From assembly GCA_000442015.1 (NCBI GenBank), contig KE561074.1, positions 1-60,658 of the forward strand: a stretch of DNA of 60,658 nucleotides, written 5' to 3'. Below the pieces are notes generated by a model. It was not told the origin of the DNA. It saw only the letters and a program-made list of their open reading frames with translations, and ran no database searches. Source of the DNA: Rozella allomycis CSF55. Its lineage: Eukaryota. Each line of letters begins with the position of its first letter. The stretch's first letter is position 1. The position numbers and the translations under genes are program-made. Positions 53,130-60,658 of the stretch are shown one piece after another.

Positions 53130-56100
53130 ATGCAAAAACCATCGATCAAAGAAATTATACTTTTAAGGCATCAAGAATCTATACATGAAACAGAAACTGC
53201 ACTAACTAATTCAAAAGTTGCCGATAGATTTTACGTGCGAAATCCCACACCTACCCTTCCCTCTATCAAGCGAAATTTCCACACATCAAACTTGCAGCGA
53301 TCAAAAGATACAAGGCTGTCAAATTCCAGGCCTTCAAATACATCATTTAGTGTTCCAGAACTAAGCAAAGCGCCAAAGATTGATAGAATAGATGAATGGA
53401 TCGAACTCAACAAACCACCCGAAGTCTCACAGCCTGCAAAAGAAAGAGCCAGTGTTACAAAGAAGAAGACTGAAAAATCACAAAGGCTGCCATCTGCAGC
53501 TTCAGTAGCCTCGAATATCTCGGGCGGCAGCTCCAAGGCATTTAACAAATCGAGATTGAACACACCAGCGATAAAATCTCAAGCGCCAAGCAGATCTGAA
53601 ACGTCCATGTCATTTCAAATAAACACAATCTCTAAGCCTATTGTAAAGAGACAGACGCCGGTGCCTCAAGAGGTGTCTAAACCAAAGGAAAAAGAGTACA
53701 GTAGAGTGGAAAGGATTGAGGAAGAATCTGTAATAGATTCTTCGTTGGAATTGAGCAATGCTGAGGTCAAGCCTGAAGGGCAAGTTGTGCATGATTCAAT
53801 TTTGGAGTTGACTGAAACTTTGCCAATTATCGAGTACTTGAATGAAGAAGAGGAGCCGGGTCCCTACTTGAAATATCCGCTGTCAGTGTTTCAACAGTAC
53901 TTTTTTGCCAAACAAAAATCCTTGGAAGATTTCTCAAAATTTTATGTCCATCAAGGTCATGTTTTGAATACAAAGAGCGTGAATATTGAGAAAATTGAAA
54001 AGATATGCCAAGTGATTGTGCTTTGTATTCCAATACTACGAACGGAGTTTTCGAACGTTAGTGTCGATGATGTTGATGTGCAGCCTCAAGTTGTAAAGTC
54101 TACTATCTTTGAAAAGGTTGTGAGGACAACTTTGTGGAGAGATGAATTGCCTGTTGAGCTTGATGAATTTAAGAATATAGTGCAGCAGGTGGTAGAATTT
54201 GATGAGGAGAAGAGTACGTCAAGGGATGAATTAAATGAAACGTTTGTTACAGCAGAAATGTTTTATAAAAAGACCGACAAATTTGTTTGCAAGTCTAATC
54301 CATCGATTGAACTATTTAAAGTTTTCGTATATCCGATTGATGATCAAGCTAATTGTGAAAAGTATTTGATGAGTGTAGTATTGTCATCTTTGATTGCTGA
54401 CCAACGATCTTGTTCGTGGCTTTCACAGACAATTGTTGGACTAGTTGAGCATTTTCGTGACAAGGAAGAACCTTCATTTCACGATCTTATTAATGAAATA
54501 AAGAGCAGAATAGGGAATGGTGGGACAGCATTGGAGTATTTTAAAGATGAAGAATCCAAAGTAAAGCCATTGTCAGTGGCTATTGCATTTTGGAGGTCTG
54601 TTCTAGTGGATAGTTTGAAAGACAATATTGCAGATTTGGCGTATGTAAAAATTAGTTTGAAAAATCTGGAAAAGAAATTTGACAATTTGAAGCATTTAAG
54701 AGATGCCGCCCAAAAGCGAATGAACCAGTTGCAGCATTCATTGAAGGAATGTATTGAACAACGAAAAAAGTTTGATATCTTTACGATGGATTTAATTAGC
54801 GAAGAAGAAATTGACGATAAATATAAAATTGAATTGATGAAAGTGATGCTAAAGGAAGAATATGGAAATGAAAATCTGATTGATGTTTTGATTGGCCAGG
54901 GTATTTCCAGGGATGTTATAGCGATTTTACGATTAAATGAAGATTCTCTTTTAGCGTTTTCTCAAATTAAAGAAGAAAATTTGACTGTGAAAATGCTTAC
55001 AAAGGAAAAGAAGAAGCTGTTGGCGATTGCAGCGTTTTTGAGAAATCGATTCAGAATATGTTTAGAGGAACAAAGTCGCATTAAATTTGAAGTTGAAAGA
55101 AAAATATCAAAGTTGAAAAGAGAATTATCAAAAATATCTGATAGCTATTCAAAGTTGCAGCATGATTTGGAAATTACAGAAGACACAATAATAAAATACA
55201 ATAATTTAATGAACCCTCCATTGTTAGATTTTGAGATTCCAGAAGCGAGATTTGACTATACAGGGAATATGGCAAACAACTTTAGGAATTTGAACAGCGA
55301 TTGGAGTTTAACTGATTTAACGACTTCTATTAGGAAAACCCATGAATGGCTTTCATTTCCAATTAGACACAAAATAGGCTCAGAAATAAGAAGATTTGTC
55401 AAGGATTGGTTTATAGTCAAGGGGATTCAAGACAAGCATAAAGATTCAACAAAGAAGAGCATGGAAGATATTTTTATTAATTCAGGAGAGCAAGTTAATT
55501 TATTTGAAACTTGTCTCATAAATTCATTTGGTATTTTAATTCGTCACATTATTGGAAATGAGAAATTTCTAATTGGAGTTGAGAAACGTTCACCGCCAAC
55601 AGCAACGCTAGTTGGGCCTTTCACTAGCGTTATTCCTGTTAAAATTGATTTTAGCGATCGCGATATTACTTTTCATGAATCTTTTTCAGAAATATTTTCC
55701 CAATTAAAGAGAGGCTCCTTTCATCACTTTTATCCTTTGGATGTTTTAAGAAAAGAACTCGCTATGAATCTCGATTTGAATATTCGTTTTTCGTATGTTT
55801 CTCCCTCAGATTGTGAAGTGTGGAAGCTGCAAGGAAAGTCTCCAGAAGAAATGATTTCTGTGCTTTCCGCCTCCCATGTATGGACTTTTGATTCAAGCAA
55901 TGATTATGACATGAAACTAACCATTTTTGACAACATTGAGAATCTCACCGCAATACTTCAATACAGAAAAGATGTAATTAGCGACAAGGATGTTTCAAGG
56001 TGGGTTGATAAATTTCTTTCAATCTTGGAGAGCATCGAAAGCAGCCACAAGAAGCTCAAAGTCACATCGGTAGTCTCAAGATTCTACCACACTGCATTTA

Positions 56101-56162
56101 CCAGCCATCCAGATCTAAAATCTATCAGGGGCTCATCAACAAATCTAAAAATATCAAAATAA
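53130..56162 (+). CDS. ~1010-aa protein: disordered N-terminus plus degenerate NRPS condensation-like domain with a coiled-coil insertion, intronless
   Basis: YPLSVFQQYFF, PILRTEF, SSLIADQRS, AFWRSVL, KFLIG, LVGPFTSVIPVKID, FYPLDVL, YDMKL and LQYRKDVI occur in condensation-domain order. Confidence 0.65.
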   Translation: MQKPSIKEIILLRHQESIHETETALTNSKVADRFYVRNPTPTLPSIKRNFHTSNLQRSKDTRLSNSRPSNTSFSVPELSKAPKIDRIDEWIELNKPPEVSQPAKERASVTKKKTEKSQRLPSAASVASNISGGSSKAFNKSRLNTPAIKSQAPSRSETSMSFQINTISKPIVKRQTPVPQEVSKPKEKEYSRVERIEEESVIDSSLELSNAEVKPEGQVVHDSILELTETLPIIEYLNEEEEPGPYLKYPLSVFQQYFFAKQKSLEDFSKFYVHQGHVLNTKSVNIEKIEKICQVIVLCIPILRTEFSNVSVDDVDVQPQVVKSTIFEKVVRTTLWRDELPVELDEFKNIVQQVVEFDEEKSTSRDELNETFVTAEMFYKKTDKFVCKSNPSIELFKVFVYPIDDQANCEKYLMSVVLSSLIADQRSCSWLSQTIVGLVEHFRDKEEPSFHDLINEIKSRIGNGGTALEYFKDEESKVKPLSVAIAFWRSVLVDSLKDNIADLAYVKISLKNLEKKFDNLKHLRDAAQKRMNQLQHSLKECIEQRKKFDIFTMDLISEEEIDDKYKIELMKVMLKEEYGNENLIDVLIGQGISRDVIAILRLNEDSLLAFSQIKEENLTVKMLTKEKKKLLAIAAFLRNRFRICLEEQSRIKFEVERKISKLKRELSKISDSYSKLQHDLEITEDTIIKYNNLMNPPLLDFEIPEARFDYTGNMANNFRNLNSDWSLTDLTTSIRKTHEWLSFPIRHKIGSEIRRFVKDWFIVKGIQDKHKDSTKKSMEDIFINSGEQVNLFETCLINSFGILIRHIIGNEKFLIGVEKRSPPTATLVGPFTSVIPVKIDFSDRDITFHESFSEIFSQLKRGSFHHFYPLDVLRKELAMNLDLNIRFSYVSPSDCEVWKLQGKSPEEMISVLSASHVWTFDSSNDYDMKLTIFDNIENLTAILQYRKDVISDKDVSRWVDKFLSILESIESSHKKLKVTSVVSRFYHTAFTSHPDLKSIRGSSTNLKISK

Positions 56163-56223
56163 ACATCAAAATAAAGTATAAAATCTTTTTTCAGTTATTT
56201 AAAAGTTAAAATTTATTGTTTCG

Positions 56224-57699
56224 TCAATTGACTAGAACAATCTGACCACTAAATTCGTCTCTACTGGCAAAATTAGTCTCATTACGTGAAAAGTCGTCCA
56301 TTCGACTTATTAACACTGCAGCTTCATTCATACTAGTAACATCAACTTGAGATTTCAAAAGTCCATCCATCGTCATCGAGAAGAGCTTGCGAAGATCCAT
56401 TCTAACCTCGTCTTTATGTCTGTCATAATATTTCCAGAAATCAAACAGCGTCACTGATTTTCTCTAAATCTTACTATCAACATTTACCTTTCCCAAACTT
56501 TCAGTTTTTGAAGACCGTACCATGCCAACGTCTTAGCAGTCTCCATGCTCAATTCCTTTGATGTTGGCGAGTGTTTGTATTGTTCAGATTGTGGATGCAA
56601 GTTACTATTCACATTATGGGGATTATTAATGGGCTCATTTAAAGTAGAACTATGTCCTTGAGTTTGAATGTTTAAACTGGGTTCTTTGATTGGTACGCCA
56701 GTATTAAACGAGTCCTTGCGCGACCTCTTCAAAGACTTTTCAAGATTATCAATCACCCGCGTAGTCATTATGCCATAGATGATTAAATGACCACCTTCTT
56801 TCAGAGACTTGAAAAGTTTTCTGTGATGCCGTTGAGATATTGTGCTGAAATTCTTTGTTGGCACATGTCCATCAAAAATGGCGTCGAATCCACCTAAATA
56901 GTCACTGTAATATAATGATGTGTCGTTCACATCAATATAGTTCACATTTGATCCTACTAGACGTGACTGCATGCTATTCTGCACCGTCGAAGAAATTCGT
57001 AATTTGTGCTTCAATGCGAGCTGTATTAACGCTTGGCCAACCTCGTAAAGGAAGCTAGAACTTGTTACCCCAGAGTCTCCGTTATTCACAAGGATTCTTT
57101 GTCCTTCAGAGAGCTTCAAGCAATGGTACAAAAGGTGATAAGCAATTCTAAATGATGCTTGAATGTCAATCATACAAGTAATTCAACAACAGGGAGGCTA
57201 CAATCGGTAGCGAAGTTTGAAGTTCTCTGGGAATTTCAGTTAGTATCTCGTTGGTAGTAACATTCAAATACTCGCTCATGCACCCAACCGGTCTGTATAT
57301 TGCAACAATACTTCCTATTGATAGTCCTAGTGTAACGCTTGTCACTTGGCTGCCTAAAGATATAATCTGACCAACGCAAGCATGACCAGGAAGGTTAGAT
57401 TGCAACAATAATGGATGGTCATACATGGTTATTGGAGCCGCAAGAACTTTAACTTGAACTTCCAGTGATAATGGCGGTCCTATATGACCCCTTACAAGAG
57501 ATATCGTTTTGGATATGGAGTTGAAATGCAGATGGCTGCAAACCTTGGATTCTTGTATTGACGTCGGGCTAATTTCATGCAATTGCTCGGTAGAGTTTAT
57601 GCCAGCTGTTTGAACTGCGTCATCGCATTCTAATATTGGAGAAAAGTGGTATACATGACGAGAAGTGGAAATCATTACTATCGATGAAAGCTTAATCAT
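56224..57699 (-). CDS. Divergent medium-chain dehydrogenase/reductase (quinone/enoyl-reductase-like), 2 introns
   Basis: EVQVKVLAAPI, LPGHACVGQI, YL|IAYHLL, GQRILVNNGDSGV...VGQALIQLA, GFDAIFDG, LKEGGHLIIYG and C-terminal SGQIVLV. Confidence 0.7.
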
Positions 57700-58003
57700 C
57701 TTTTGCTATTTTACTCCGTTTAAATCCAATTTACATCCACCTTTCTTGACAGACCAAACTTATACGCAATCACATCTTTGTTTTAACTTCTACTTAAGTC
57801 GCTCAAGCCCAAAGACCAAGGCGATCGTAGATCCAGAATGTCAACCTGAATATTTATTTATATTGTCTTTTATTTAGAGAACGGTATCTCGTGCCTTTAT
57901 TCTTTTTAATGGCATCCGCTACAATTTTGGTCTGAGATTTATTGGTTCTTCTTGTCAAAAGCATTTAGTAATTTTCGAATACTTGGTAAGGTGTTACAAA
58001 AAG

Positions 58004-58237
58004 ATGCTTACAAACGCCAAAGAAGATGAATCAACTAGCATCCCGGTTTTGAACACAGACTCCGTACGCTTGATGGATGAGTTACAGCGAATGTTAAACA
58101 ATGTCAAAAATGATACAGAGTCAGCAGAACCCGTTCTAGAGTCTCTTGAATCACGAGTAGCATTAGTGTCAGGGAAAATTGACCAGTTGATGGCTGCGTT
58201 GGAGAAAGAGGGAGATGGATTTATCCAGAATAAATGA
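58004..58237 (+). CDS. Small coiled-coil hypothetical protein (77 aa)
   Basis: ATG-initiated ORF with heptads (VLESLESRVALVSGKIDQLMAAL); AATAAA overlaps the last codons. Confidence 0.4.
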   Translation: MLTNAKEDESTSIPVLNTDSVRLMDELQRMLNNVKNDTESAEPVLESLESRVALVSGKIDQLMAALEKEGDGFIQNK

Positions 58238-58276
58238 CTTTTATACAAATTATTTCACAAAGTGTTATTGCCACAA

Positions 58277-58350
58277 GGTCCTGTGGCCAAATTGGATAAG
58301 GCGCCTGACTACGGATCAGGCGATTGCACGTTCGAGTCGTGCCAGGATCG
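58277..58350 (+). tRNA. tRNA-Arg(ACG), identical to the copy at 24499-24572
   Basis: GGTCCTGTGGCC...CTGACTACGGATCAG...GTTCGAGTC...CAGGATCG followed by TTTTT. Confidence 0.95.
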
Positions 58351-58391
58351 TTTTTCACTTTTTAATTTTCTAAAATAGTCGAGAAAAAATG

Positions 58392-59924
58392 CTAATTTTT
58401 ATTTTTAATTCTATTAATTTCGTTCTCTATTTCCTTTAAAGAAAGTCTCAAACTCTGTACATCATCTAGCCTACGAGATTTCATCGCATCCTGAAGATAG
58501 TTTTGCACTTGATTCTTTTGAAATTCAAAGATAGAGAGCTTTTCTTTGTCGTCTTCTGATATTGATTGTGACTCAGTTTTGAACAATGAAAAGAAAGTTT
58601 GTGCGAATGATACTGACGGACTAGACGATACGATTGGTGTTGACTCCAATGGTTTATCGTCAACTTTATCGTTTTCATTAAATATAAACTTGTTATTTTT
58701 TAGAATTGGCATCATTCGTAATGTGAACATGTGGTTTTGAAGATATAAAGTAATAGAGTGAATAAGTGAATTCACAAGCTTGTGTCTTTGACTTGCATCC
58801 TCTGGGATCGTTATTAATTTTATTTGTTTCCTTTATGTTAAATTTTAGACATGTTACGAGAGCTTATCAATTCGAACAAAGGAATCAGACAATGATTTAC
58901 GAAGAATGTTTGCTGAATGGTAATCATTCTTAAGTTTATCCGTAACAATGCAGTTTGATGAAAACAATTCAAGTAGTCCATTAAATTTGGGTAAAGTGCC
59001 ATCCACAAATTGTATTTCCTTGCAGAGTTCCTAAATTGAAAAAGATCATTCTCTTTACCTTGTATATTTTGCAAATTTGCAATGAAAAGGAATCCAAATT
59101 AGAATCCGAGGTTTTGTGCATGTATCTCGTTATGGTCGCTACACATTCCTTGCATTGCCTTAATTTTATACCATTTTCATCAATTTCTGGTGCATCAAAA
59201 TCGCAGATTACTCTTCCACATAGCCTACAATGATGCCTTCGTAAACCAAATAAATTGAATGCCTTTCAAAAGCTTTATTTATAATTACCTGAAAACAAAT
59301 GGGACAGTGTGTTGCTTCGTCATTTGGCTGCCATGGTACTGCGTTTTCTTCAATTCTTTGCAGAGATCCAACAGCGAACAAGGAACTTAAGCGACTGTCG
59401 AACATGCTGCTAGTAGAGCTAGACCTTTTTATTTTATTATTTTCTTCTGACAAGGATTTGAGCAGCTATATATTCAATTCATCGAATTTACTTTCTCTTT
59501 CCGCTTTAACAAACGACAAGCCTCAAGGCTGACTCTCTCATTGAATTTTCTCGCTTTGGATGTAAATAAATAAGTGTGATCGGTAGTATAGCCATAAGAA
59601 GTAAATCTGTTTGAAATTTTAAATATCCGTTACCCTTCTCTTGATTCGTAACAAATTTGACAGACTCGGCACATGAATCCATTTACAGGATCATGATTCG
59701 CTTTGACATCTAATTTCATTTCAAACGGATCTGAGTGTAAAGAGCAAACAAACATCCCACATCTTATTCAAATCAAATAACAGAATCTACTTTCGACAAT
59801 GATGTCTTCCAATTCTCAAATTCAGCAATCGCTTACAAAGATGACATACGTCATTTCCAGTTTCTTTTTGCCAATGAGATCGTGTAATCAAAGACTCTCG
59901 TGACGATAGATTCGGTGAAGACAT
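58392..59924 (-). CDS. Pep7/Vac1 (rabenosyn-5-like) double-FYVE Rab effector, multi-intron; 5' end may extend further
   Basis: ITRSHWQK...CHLC...RHHCRK|CG (FYVE1), VPWQPNDEATHCPIC...RRHHCRLCGRVIC (FYVE2), and C-terminal Rbsn-like QVQNYLQDAMKSRRLDDVQSLRLSLKEI. Confidence 0.88.
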
Positions 59925-60658
59925 CTTCGATGTAGAGGCGCAGCCAACGGCTAAATGATAACAATAAAGACGTAATGATTATTACGAGAAGAGATTTGCG
60001 ATATTGGTTAACCAGTTACAGATTGAATTATACAGTTTTTGAATTCAAAATAGTATCAAATTTAGCGATGAATTCAAGAATTTTCAAGAAATTTATAGAG
60101 TTATGCAGTCCTCGGTATCAGAAGAAGATACAAAGTCGTAAACTATAAAATAAGGTTTTATGAAGATGGATTAATCTATATCCTGCCTATTTTAATACCA
60201 ACCTGACTGTATCACAGGGAAGGAGAGTTCCCAAGTCATTTAAAATTCCTGATCCAACAATACAGAATCTAGTAAAATGCGCCGAGCTTTTAAATCTTCA
60301 AGTCGTTGTTGAACCAAGAAAGAGGTATTGTCGCGATCAGCTGACCTTTGGAAGGCTGAAAGTAAATCTTTCATCGAGCACATATAAAAGTAGTACGCAG
60401 CTCTTAATATTAATATAGAAAACTCACTCATTAGCGATTTTGCTAAAAAATTAGACTCTTTGTTAAAGCAGGAAGGAACGAATTCTACTAACACGATAAA
60501 TTTACAGCCAAGAGGGAAAAAGAAGAAAGGAANACTAACACGATAAATTTACAGCCAAGAGGGAAAAAGAAGAAAGGAAAAAAATAAATTTTATGAATAT
60601 TAAAATATATTGTAACCACATCTTTATGGTTTGTAAATTCGCTGAATGAGAATTTTAT

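Noticed and set aside
24499-58350. Identical inverted tRNA-Arg copies as ends of a large invertible or mobile segment
   Set aside because: Identity is limited to the mature tRNA; multicopy identical tRNA genes are ordinary.
60485-60580. ~48-nt direct repeat resembling a CRISPR or terminal repeat
   Set aside because: Two copies around the n at 60533, no spacer array, eukaryotic context.

Overview
AT-rich, extremely gene-dense eukaryotic DNA from a fungus-like organism, so the six-frame ORF track fragments most genes. Nearly all conserved genes are split by tiny (about 24-32 nt) GT-AG introns, and spacers are often only 30-80 nt. Flagellar genes (IQUB, CFAP92-like), the tiny introns and Crinkler-type effectors suggest a zoosporic early-diverging fungus such as Rozella (Cryptomycota); this is inference only. 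I reconstructed about 35 protein genes, several invisible in the ORF track (REV7, two hemerythrins, a Dabb protein, the 5' half of Mei2). There are also 4 tRNA genes, an intronic C/D snoRNA in RPL7 and a Helentron/HINE-like element inside a Crinkler intron. Most unusual: (i) sharp, gene-independent C/A-rich to G/T-rich strand-skew switches; (ii) a stand-alone, apparently catalytically dead NRPS condensation domain split by a roughly 200-aa coiled coil; (iii) a duplicated, covarying two-hairpin RNA motif in RPL7 intron 1; (iv) a G-alpha and a Rab-like GTPase both lacking the catalytic Gln; (v) a SUMO intron that encodes an alternative di-Gly tail. Single 'n' positions mark contig joins with duplicated overlaps, treated as assembly artefacts.
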